From Acidobacteriota bacterium (GTDB taxonomy: Bacteria > Acidobacteriota > UBA6911), in contig OY761556.1 of the NCBI GenBank assembly GCA_963664705.1, positions 3,488,001 to 3,552,000 of the forward strand: a stretch of 64,000 nucleotides of DNA, written 5' to 3'. The first letter of the stretch is position 1. Every line of letters begins with the position of its first letter. This document shows positions 50,974 to 60,177 of the stretch, piece by piece. The notes beneath the pieces are model-generated. The model was not told where the DNA came from, searched no databases, and was given only the letters and a program-made list of their open reading frames with translations. The translations under genes were made by a program, and so were the position numbers.

Positions 50974-51275
50974 CTAATTTCGTGGATTGCGTTTCTTTCG
51001 CGAAATACGCGAATTGCGCGTGTCGTCCCGCAGGACAGTTTCATCATTGCAGTTAACGATATATCGCTCCACGTCCGGAAGGTATACTTGGTATTTCCTG
51101 CCATTCCGTACAGCGAGAACACAACCCTGCTCAACCCATAGCTGCAGGGTTCGCTGGGAAAGGCCAAGATCATTGGCCGCCTGCGCTGTCGAAGCAAACA
51201 AAAGCTTGGCTTATCTGATGAAGCCGATAGGAAAAGACTTAGCAACTCCTGTTCATTCCTTGGATGTTTTTCCAT
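50974..51275 (-). pseudogene. Excisionase/MerR-like small HTH protein, probably frameshifted
   Basis: 'FASTAQAANDLGLSQRTLQLWVEQGCVLAVRNGRKYQVYL' is an HTH_17-like pattern. A plausible N-terminus (ATG 51275, MEKHPRNEQELLSLFLS) is in a different frame and would join with one extra base near 51210. An intact gene from TTG 51201 cannot be excluded. Confidence 0.6.
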
Positions 51276-51413
51276 GCGTCCCGCCAATCTTCCACTTATG
51301 GAACCACGCGTCGTTTGGGCACAGCTTGGCCCCTTAATATGCAAGAACGCAAGAGAGTGGAAATCGCCTACTCTCTTTTTCACATTTTTCGGCAAAACCG
51401 CGATTACTTCTAT

Positions 51414-52952
51414 TTACGACTGCCAGTAGGTGCGGTCGAGCGTGCGGTATTGGATAGCCTCGGAGACATGGCGGGCAAGAATCTTGTCCATGCCGTCCAG
51501 GTCGGCCATGGTCCTGGAGACGCGCAGAATGCGGTCATACGCGCGCGCGGATAAACCAAGCTTTGTGATGGCATTCTCCATCTGTTTTTCCGACTCGGCA
51601 TCCAGCTTGCAAAAACGACGGATCGTGCGCGCTGTCATCTGGGCGTTGCAGTAGATGCCAAAAGCCTCCAGTCGTTTGCACTGAGCATTCCGCGCGGCCA
51701 GGATGCGTCCACGAATTACCGTGGACTCCTCACATTTATCATCCTGCGCCAATTCCTTGTATTTGACGGCCGGCACCTGGATATGTAAATCGATTCTGTC
51801 GAGCAAAGGCCCGGACACTCTTGCCAGGTATCGCTGAATCAGCGGCGGCGTGCAGGTGCAGTCGTGCTGCGTATCGCCAAAATACCCGCACTGGCAGGGA
51901 TTCATCGCGGCAGCCAGCATGAACCGCGCGGGAAACGTCAGGGACATTGCGGCTCTTGAAATTGTGACCTCCCCGTCCTCCAGCGGCTGTCGCAGCACAT
52001 CCAGGACATGGCGATGAAACTCCGGAAGCTCGTCGAGAAAAAGCACGCCGTTATGCGCCAGGCTTACCTCTCCGGGCCGTGGCATTGTGCCGCCGCCGAT
52101 GAGGCCGGCATCGGAAATGGTATGATGCGGAGCGCGAAAGGGGCGCATGGCAATCAGCCCGGCCTGATTGGAAAGCAGCCCGGCTACAGAATGTATTTTG
52201 GTCGTTTCAATCGCCTCATCAAAAGACATCGGTGGAAGAATTGTCGGTAGCCGACGCGCCAGCATTGTTTTTCCCGAGCCTGGGGGCCCGATCAAAATAA
52301 TATTGTGCCCGCCAGCCACCGCGACCTCCATCGCGCGCTTGGCCTGGTATTGCCCCTTCACGTCTCTGAAATCGACATCGTAATGGCTGTGTTGCGCAAG
52401 AAGCTGTTCTCGATCCACCGCCAGCGGGATCCAGGGCTGTTTGCCATTGAGCAAATCGACCACCTGGGCCAGCGACCGCACGGGAAATGTGCGTACGCCA
52501 TCTACCACCGCGGCCTCGCGTGCATTGGCTTCCGGCACAATCAGGTGTTGCAGTCCCTTTTCTCGGGCCATCGATGCCATGGACAGGGTGCCTTTGACCG
52601 GCCGGATCGATCCATCCAAAGACAGTTCACCCATGAACAGGTAAGCCGACAGATTCTGCATCCGGACACACCCGGATGCCCCCAGGATCCCTACTGCCAT
52701 GGGAAGATCAAACCCGGACCCTTCTTTTTTCAGATCCGCCGGGGCAAGGTTGATCGTTATCCGCTGGGCAGGAAGAACAAATCCGCAATTCCGGAGAGCC
52801 GCTCGTACGCGCTCACTGCTCTCACGAACCGCAGTATCGGGAAGCCCGACCGTCATAAAATCCAGCTTTTGCCCGGAACTGAGGTCCACCTCCACTGAGA
52901 TTGGATATGCCTTGATGCCAAAGACAGCCGCTGATTGGACTCGAAACAACAT
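51414..52952 (-). CDS. comM: YifB/ComM Mg-chelatase-like AAA+ ATPase (intact)
   Basis: '[11 protein letters not shown]', '[20 protein letters not shown]', GPPGSGKT, 'RAPHHT', 'LFLDELPEF', 'AAMNPCQCG', 'SGPLLDRID'. Confidence 0.96.
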   Translation of the reverse strand: MLFRVQSAAVFGIKAYPISVEVDLSSGQKLDFMTVGLPDTAVRESSERVRAALRNCGFVLPAQRITINLAPADLKKEGSGFDLPMAVGILGASGCVRMQNLSAYLFMGELSLDGSIRPVKGTLSMASMAREKGLQHLIVPEANAREAAVVDGVRTFPVRSLAQVVDLLNGKQPWIPLAVDREQLLAQHSHYDVDFRDVKGQYQAKRAMEVAVAGGHNIILIGPPGSGKTMLARRLPTILPPMSFDEAIETTKIHSVAGLLSNQAGLIAMRPFRAPHHTISDAGLIGGGTMPRPGEVSLAHNGVLFLDELPEFHRHVLDVLRQPLEDGEVTISRAAMSLTFPARFMLAAAMNPCQCGYFGDTQHDCTCTPPLIQRYLARVSGPLLDRIDLHIQVPAVKYKELAQDDKCEESTVIRGRILAARNAQCKRLEAFGIYCNAQMTARTIRRFCKLDAESEKQMENAITKLGLSARAYDRILRVSRTMADLDGMDKILARHVSEAIQYRTLDRTYWQS

Positions 52953-53098
52953 GGGCCTGATACTCCTTTCGTATATCCAATGGCTTCCTGTCATTTTGAG
53001 CGAAAATATTTTGCTAATTTGCTCAACCCTGCCACTAGAAGAAGGATCCTTATGCGGGAACTGGTATAATCAGGCTTTATTCAATAAGGGGCGTTCTC

Positions 53099-54736
53099 AT
53101 CCACAAGATAGACGGCAATACTCTAGGAATTAAGCAATCGCAGCGCGGCGCTCTCGAGCGCGTCTTCCGGCGGCGTGTCGCGCCTGACCAGGTCGTTTCG
53201 CCGGAGCTGGCCAAATACTTGTCCGCTCTTTCCAGGGAACTTGGCCGCCAGGTCGGCGTTTTTTTGTCCAGAGACGGTATGATTCGAAATGTGATCCTCG
53301 GGGATGCCACGCACCTTGAGCTGCCAGACATCGGCCGGCTTCGGGGCGGCACCGGAAGGTTTCGCGGACTCCGTCTTGTCCATACACACCTGCGCGGCGA
53401 GCCGGTTACGCAGGATGATCTGAACGATCTCACCCTTTTGCGCCTGGATCTGATCGCCGTTATCCACGCCACGAACGAGGGGGACGCGGGCAGGATCGAA
53501 CTGGCGCACATTCTTCCGATCACGGATGGCGATCTGAAATCGGAACCCTTCCGAAAGATCGAAGCTCGCGACATCTACCATCTGAAGTTTGATTTCGAAG
53601 AGGAAATCCGGGCGCTCGAAAGCGAGTTCTCGCGCACCACGGAACACAGCGCTGAGGAGACACTCCATGAACGGGCCCTGGTCTTGTGTATCACTCCAGG
53701 CGAAGCGGCCCGATCAGAGGTAACCGAACTCGTCCGGGCTGCAGGGGTTGAGATTGCGGAAGTCATGACCTTCGCGGGAGGCCAGATCCACCCGCGTACG
53801 GTTGTCGGCCAGGGTCGACTCCAGCGCATAGCCCTGGCCGCAATGCGGCGCGGCGCGGATGTAGCCATTTTCGATATCGACCTGAAGCCCAACCAGGCGC
53901 GCGCCTTCGAAGATACCACGGGATTGAAAGCCGTCGACCGCACGCAGTTGATCCTCGACATCTTTGCACAGCGCGCGCGCAGCCGTGACGGTAAGCTTCA
54001 GGTGGAACTGGCGCAATTGAAGTATTCGCTTCCCCGGCTGACCGAGGAAGATGCCGGGCTGTCGCGACTGGTCGGAGGAATCGGGGGCCGCGGCCCTGGA
54101 GAAACGGTTCTGGAAATAGGACGACGGCGCGCACGCAGCCGGATTCGTCACCTTGAAAAAGAAATCCAGCAGTTATCCAAACAGCGCAGCGTGCGCCGGC
54201 ACCGGCGCAATCGCCAGGGCCTGCCAGTGCTTTCGATTATCGGTTACACGAACGCGGGAAAAAGCACGCTGCTCAATGCCCTGACGGAAAGCGAGATCGA
54301 CACCGCCGACCAGATGTTCGTTACGCTGGATCCCACCTCGCGACGATTGCGTTTCCCGAAGCAGGGAGACGTGATCATCACCGATACGGTCGGATTTATT
54401 CGCGATCTGCCCCCGGATCTTGTGACCGCATTCCGCGCTACCCTCGAGGAATTGTCCGATGCGGACCTGCTGCTCCATGTCGTGGACGCTTCGGATCCGG
54501 GCCTTGAGAGAAAGATGGATGCGGTAAATCGCGTCCTGAACGACCTGGAGCTCCACACGGTTCCGCGCCTGGTTGTCATGAACAAATCCGACCGGGTTGA
54601 GCCGGCGGTCATGGACGGGATTTGCCGGCGCTATGAAGCGGTTGCGGTCAGCGCGCTTAAACGACAGGGGTTGAGCGCCCTGATTCAGACAGCCGAAAAA
54701 CGGATCCGTCACCAACCGCTGTCCCCGGGGGCGTAA
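53099..54736 (+). CDS. hflX: Ribosome-splitting GTPase HflX, long form; proposed non-AUG start
   Basis: 'DRTQLILDIFAQRA', 'GRGPGE', GYTNAGKS, 'TLDPT', DTVG, NKSD. A homolog-like N-terminus 'IHKIDGNTLGIKQSQ..ALERVFRRR' lies upstream of the ORF-track start at 53219. Confidence 0.93.
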   Translation: MHKIDGNTLGIKQSQRGALERVFRRRVAPDQVVSPELAKYLSALSRELGRQVGVFLSRDGMIRNVILGDATHLELPDIGRLRGGTGRFRGLRLVHTHLRGEPVTQDDLNDLTLLRLDLIAVIHATNEGDAGRIELAHILPITDGDLKSEPFRKIEARDIYHLKFDFEEEIRALESEFSRTTEHSAEETLHERALVLCITPGEAARSEVTELVRAAGVEIAEVMTFAGGQIHPRTVVGQGRLQRIALAAMRRGADVAIFDIDLKPNQARAFEDTTGLKAVDRTQLILDIFAQRARSRDGKLQVELAQLKYSLPRLTEEDAGLSRLVGGIGGRGPGETVLEIGRRRARSRIRHLEKEIQQLSKQRSVRRHRRNRQGLPVLSIIGYTNAGKSTLLNALTESEIDTADQMFVTLDPTSRRLRFPKQGDVIITDTVGFIRDLPPDLVTAFRATLEELSDADLLLHVVDASDPGLERKMDAVNRVLNDLELHTVPRLVVMNKSDRVEPAVMDGICRRYEAVAVSALKRQGLSALIQTAEKRIRHQPLSPGA

Positions 54737-54945
54737 AGGGCCAATCACAGCTCCCGCTTGAAGAACGATCCCGGCTCGCTGTCTTCCTATGTCTCCCTGC
54801 CACTGGGTAAATCTGGGATCACAAATGCTTTAGCGCTTGTGCCCTAACCTTTGATTGTGCTAAAAACAGCAAAAATATTAGGAGTCATGTTGTACAGTGG
54901 GGATCCACTGTAATACCCGATCTATAGCATCGGAAGGGAAGGAAA

Positions 54946-56688
54946 ATGAAAAATAGGCAACTCTTAGCATGCATTGCTGTCGTGATCATGGCAGCAGTGG
55001 CATTTGCCGGCTTTGCACCCGTGCAGGCACAGCAAAAGGCCACCGCCAAGCCCAAGATTACGGTGCTGAATCCCGCTATCGAAAGCAAGATGGCGGATCG
55101 CATACCACTTTCTCCTCGCCTGGACACGCTCGAGGGGAAGACACTGTACCTGGTCGATATCAACTGGGGCGGCCCCGAGGCAGCCTACAGCGTGTTTGAG
55201 GAAATGCAGGCCTGGTTTGCTCAAAACATGCCCAGTGTGAAAATCATCATCAAACGAAAAGCCGGATCGTACACCACAGACGATAAGCCGCTGTGGGCGG
55301 AGATCAAAAAGAATGGAAATGCCGCTTTGATCGGCATATCGGGTTGAGATGGCTGCACGTCGGCCGTGAGCCAACATTGCAGAAGTCTCGAGTTGATGGG
55401 CATTCCGACCTCAGGCGCAGCTGCTGCCAATATCGTGAGGTATGCGGTCGGGTATGATTTTGAATATACAAACGGCATGCCGATTCGCTATGTCGGATTC
55501 CCGTTCCCGGTAGCCGGACAGCCGAAGGCTGTTCACCACAAGTATGTTTTTGAAAGCAAAGATGTATTGACCGGCAAGCCGATGATGCAGGCCATCATCG
55601 ACAATCTTACAAAGCCGCTGACTGATAAGGAAAAGATCGCGGGAAAGCCTCCTGAAGCCAAAGTTGAGCCACGGCTTCTGCCTCCCGGTAACGAGGATGA
55701 ACTGCAGCAAGTCTTCAAGGATAATGATTGGACCGACTATAATCCCATCATTCTTCCGACTGAAGAACGAGTCGCTGCAATGCTGAAGGGAACCAGCCGA
55801 AAACCCACCGATAAAGTAAAAGAACTGAATTGGCCGGGCGGAAAGCGGAACCTCACAGTCGAAAAGGTTGCGGTCTGCGCCGTGATGGCGGGTGCAAAAC
55901 CGGAACACTTCCCCCTAATCCTGGCCCTGGCAACCGCACTTCCGTTCGGAAATTCGACAAGCTCCATGGCAAACATGATTCTTGTCAACGGTCCGATACG
56001 GAACCAGGTAAAGATGAACTACGGGCTGAACACCATGGGACCGCACAATGAAGTGAACGCGGTTCTGGGAAGATCCTTCACGTTGATGTCGAAAACCGCC
56101 GGAAATCTGCACTCCGGAAAAACGACGTTCAGCGGTCTGGGAAGCAACCTGCAATACAACAATGTGTGCTTCGCGGAAAACGAAGAAGCGCTGCCCGCAG
56201 GATGGAATCCTGTCCACGTACAGATGGGCAACAAGCCGACCGACAGCACTGTGACAGTGGCGACCGGCTGGTCCTATATCTCGAGCGTGGGTGAAGTGCA
56301 AAGAGGATATCCTCCACAGTTCCTGATGCGTGATTACATGCGATCGCTGTCCGGCATGGGCGGCACGGTAATCATGGATCCGTCCGTGGCAGCCCTGATG
56401 AAGGATGCCCAGGGATTCAATAGCAAAGAAGACCTGTCCAAGTGGCTTGCTCAGAATATCGAGAAGACCGTATCGTCCTATTGGGGCAATGGCGTGATCT
56501 CGACGATGTTTGCAACCATGGCGATTCAGGGACTCGAACCCTATGCATCCCAGAAGAAGATGCCCCCCGACACACTGATCAAGCCCTTCCAAAGGGTTGG
56601 AGTGGTTGTAGCGGGTGGCGGGCAGACCACCTGGTTTGTGACCGATTTTGGTCTCGGCCGGGGTGAACTGGTCGATAACTGGAAGTAG
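54946..56688 (+). CDS. Exported UGSC-like selenoprotein paralog B (~580 aa, Sec at UGA 55345-55347, motif G-U-D-G-C)
   Basis: ORFs 54946-55347 and 55366-56688 are in frame, joined by 'IGISG-TGA-GAT GGC TGC ACG' = U-D-G-C-T. Imperfect hairpin at 55353-55382 with loop CGUGA; signal peptide. Confidence 0.85.
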
Positions 56689-56718
56689 TCGACAGTCGAT
56701 AATCGGCAGTCGGCGGGG

Positions 56719-56766
56719 AAGGCCGCAGAACGGCATCGGGAATCCCGATTCAGTTCTGCGGCCTTT
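56719..56766 (+). terminator. Hairpin/terminator after paralog B
   Basis: AAGGCCGCAGAAC ... GTTCTGCGGCCTTT inverted repeat. Confidence 0.6.
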
Positions 56767-56942
56767 CTGTTGTCGCAAGACTCTAACTTCATAAAAAACA
56801 ATTATTTAGAGTCTGTGTTTCCGCAAGGCCACAAAACGCATGTTTTGCCTGGCCCGCAGCAGTTTTAATGAAATTCCCTCACCCCTGGGACGTAGTTACC
56901 CTATGGTGGCATCAATTTAACTAAAACACGGAGGAATCACGC

Positions 56943-58682
56943 ATGAAGTTGCGTACCGCAGTAATTGCAATTTTGTGCCTGGGTCTTTGTCTCAGTTTCT
57001 CTGCACTGAGCATTCAGACCTATGCGCAAGGAAAGAAGGCAGCTCCGGCTGGTAAACCGGTGGCCGTGGCCAAGATTACGGTACTCAGTCCGATGGGTAC
57101 ACCGCCCCCGATTACCCTCAAGAACCAGGCACCGCGCCTGGATACGCTTGACGGCAAAACCATTTATCTGGTGAACACGGGATTTGTCGGAACTGAACGC
57201 CTGATGGAAGTCATGACGGAGTGGTTCAAGGAAAATCATCCCAAAACCACCATCGTCAACAAAAGAAATCCTTCAATGGATCAGCCCAATAAACAGCTGT
57301 GGGCTGAGCTCAATGAGAAGGCTGACGGCGTCATCATCGGGCTGGGTCATTGAAGTGTTTGCGCGCCTGGGGCGGTTCGCCTCAGCATTGACATCGAATC
57401 CAACTTCAAGAAACCCTCAATCCCTCTCATCCTGTCTGATTTCGCCAAACAGGAAGCCGAAGTCGCTCTTACCAGCGGTATGCCTGGCCTCCGCATTCAA
57501 TATTTCCGTGGCCCGGTTTGGGGCAAAACCAACGAACAGCTCAAGAAACAGATTATTGAAGGCCTCAATCCGGTAACAGGAAAACCGGTGATGCCAGAAA
57601 TCATCGAAAAACTCACCAAACCTCTGACCGCCGAGGAAAAGAAGACCGGGGATATCAAGGTGGATAAAGGCCCGGCCACTTTCACCGGCACGCCGGATGA
57701 ACTCCAGAAGCTGTTCCTTGACAAACGAATGACCGATTTCATGCCCATCATTCTTCCGACCGAAGAGAAGGTTGAAGAAATGCTGAAGGGCACCAGCCAC
57801 CGTCCGGACGAGCTTCTTGGCAAAATGAACCCGGGCTCCGAAGCTGGTGACGTTTGGACCTATACGGTCAAAGATGCCGCCGTTAACGCCGTTATGGCCG
57901 GTGCCAAACCGGAATACTTCCCGGTTATCCTGGCACTCGGTTCGACTGGTTCGCCGAGCGTCAATGTGTCCGATAACGGCTTCATGGCCGGTGCCGTCGT
58001 AAACGGCCCCATCCGTGACGAAATCAAACTCAATTACGAAATCGGCGCCGTGGGTCCCTATGCCCAGGCGAATACGACGATCGGAAGAGCCTGGAACCTG
58101 CTGTCCATCAATGGCGGGAACTGCGGCAAAGTCGGGACGACCTACATGGGCACCGTAGGAAATGCCCACAACTATGTCAGCCCTATCATTGCCGAAAACG
58201 AACGCGATTCTCCATTCAAGCCGCTGGCCGTACGCCGCGGATTCAAGGAGAATGAGAATATCGTCACCCTGTTCATGGGCTGGGGTATTCTTTCCGCGAA
58301 AAACTGGAAAGCCGATGTTTGGGGATCCAACATGAATTATCCCCAGATCATCAAAGACATTTTCAACCAGCAGGATCCCATGTTCGGGACGATCGCCGTC
58401 CTGAGTCCGCCTATTGCCAATTTCGTGAAAGATGCCGGCTATGATACAGCCGAAAAATTCACGGAATGGGTAACGGCGCCTGTGAATCCCCCTGCAGCTC
58501 CGGCTGGCGCTCCTGCCGGCGGGCCTGCCGGTCGCGGCCCCGGTGGACCTGGCGGACGCGGCGGCATGGGCATGATGGGCGGCGCATTCAGCGTCGTCGT
58601 CACTGGCGGCACCAACAACAACTACTGGATGATGGGCGGCATGAGGCCTGGTCAGTCCATTCAGATTGATAAATGGCGGTAG
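56943..58682 (+). CDS. Exported UGSC-like selenoprotein paralog C (~579 aa, Sec at UGA 57351-57353, motif H-U-S-V-C)
   Basis: ORFs 56943-57353 and 57480-58682 are in frame with 42 sense codons between them, homologous to paralog A (SVCAPGAVRLSIDIES). Hairpin CUGGGGCG-GUU-CGCCUCAG at 57367-57385; signal peptide. Confidence 0.87.
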
Positions 58683-58729
58683 TCAGTAGCCAGTAGCCAG
58701 TAATCAGTAGGCAGTAGGCAGTAGGCAGT
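58681..58729. repeat. Heptamer tandem repeat (CAGTAGG/CAGTAGC type)
   Basis: AGTCAGTAGCCAGTAGCCAGTAATCAGTAGGCAGTAGGCAGTAGGCAGT. ATTCCAG-type heptamer runs also occur at about 1832-1869, 31521-31547 and 40581-40623. Confidence 0.8.
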
Positions 58730-58730
58730 G

Positions 58731-58768
58731 AAAAACGGCAGCGGGTATCGTCACCTGCTGCCGTTTTT
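58731..58768 (+). terminator. Rho-independent terminator after paralog C
   Basis: AAAAACGGCAGCGGGT-atcgtc-ACCTGCTGCCGTTTTT. Confidence 0.8.
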
Positions 58769-58779
58769 ATTTTGTCGCG

Positions 58780-59128
58780 ACAAGTCAGGCAACGGAGCCC
58801 ATTGGAGTACCGGCGTCTCGCCCAATGCCATGGCATTTTTCCTTCGCCCCTTCAGCATGGGGCCGGTCGTTATGGCCAAAACATTGGTGACACTGACCGA
58901 CAGTGATCCCGTTTTAGGAGACTATTACTTATCTCAACGTCCGGACCAACCTCCTGCCATTGAAAGGAAAACTGCATGCAGGAGAAAAAATACACCGGGA
59001 AACAAAGTAATAACAAACGCAAAAGTACGGGAGTGGTTAACCACACTCCCGTGCTAAACCCAAATGCTGCCGGCATTGACATTCATCCCACAAAGATCTT
59101 TATTGCCGTGCCTCAAGGTAGAGATGAC
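58780..59128 (+). mobile_element. Truncated IS110-family element: upstream non-coding end plus about 50 N-terminal codons of the transposase
   Basis: ORF from 58976 reads '...PVLNPNAAGIDIHPTKIFIAVPQGRD', resembling the first DEDD-nuclease strand (AAGIDI...VAVP..RD) of IS110 transposases, then loses similarity. The left boundary is approximate. Confidence 0.65.
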
Positions 59129-59316
59129 AAGCTGATAAGCTTGCACGAATACTATGGCACCTTGTTTCCTTCAATGTACCCTATGATTCCTCGGTGTTTT
59201 TTGACGCGGCACAAAAGTATAAACAACGCTATAAGAAGAACCTTATAAAACGAATTGAATCTATGGGCTATCGTGTATCCCAAGATCCAGCCGACCCAGC
59301 GTTAGCACCCGCAGTT

Positions 59317-59533
59317 CCTTAGGAGGGCTTTTGGAGCTGCGGATATACCCCCCGGGCTCGCAAGCTCGCCCGGGGCTGCTATCTTTCGCACCTCGCGCTG
59401 GATCTTTGTTCCAATTGTTCGGAGCGCTGTGACCCGAACGAAGCAACAGGCCCGGAGGGCCGAAAGCAAGTAGCCAGGGGTGAGCGCAGCGAACCCCTGG
59501 TAGAATAGCGAAAAAATTGGAGCCCTCCTAAGG
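59317..59533. repeat. Inverted pair of REP-like palindromic elements
   Basis: CCTTAGGAGGGCT (59317-59329) / AGCCCTCCTAAGG (59521-59533) enclose two internal hairpins: CCCCGGGCTCGCAAGCTCGCCCGGGG and CCAGGGGTGAGCGCAGCGAACCCCTGG. Confidence 0.7.
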
Positions 59534-59673
59534 CGCTCGATGCAAATCGGGAATCATAACTATATTTGTTCCAAGTATTTAACTAAACAGAGAAAAAGCA
59601 AAAAATAAATCGAGTTCCCTTGATGTTTGGAACACCACCGGTGGGCGGGCTGCTGAAGGGGCGAAAGAAGGCA

Positions 59674-60116
<443 letters not shown>

Positions 60117-60120
60117 CAAC

Positions 60121-60153
60121 AAAAAAAGCCAGCAGTAATAACTGCTGGCTTTT
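60121..60153 (-). terminator. Rho-independent terminator of the TonB-dependent receptor gene (intron insertion site)
   Basis: AAAAGCCAGCAGT-aata-ACTGCTGGCTTTT with a U7 tract on the minus strand. Confidence 0.88.
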
Positions 60154-60177
60154 CTGCTTTCAGAGGTTGGCTAGATC

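Larger units (their letters stand above)
44278..51413. mobile_element. 7.1-kb island between the two comM 3' copies (RHS toxin module plus HTH genes, no recognisable integrase)
   Basis: Bounded by 483-bp direct repeats; accessory cargo; AT-richer segment at about 44300-46200. Confidence 0.8.

Noticed and set aside
54946-58682. Alternative genetic code (UGA=Trp/Gly) or pseudogenes as the explanation for the in-frame UGAs
   Set aside because: Ordinary genes here end in TGA (sdhC, sdhB, NUDIX) and use TGG for Trp; the in-frame UGAs occur only at Cys-equivalent positions followed by hairpins.
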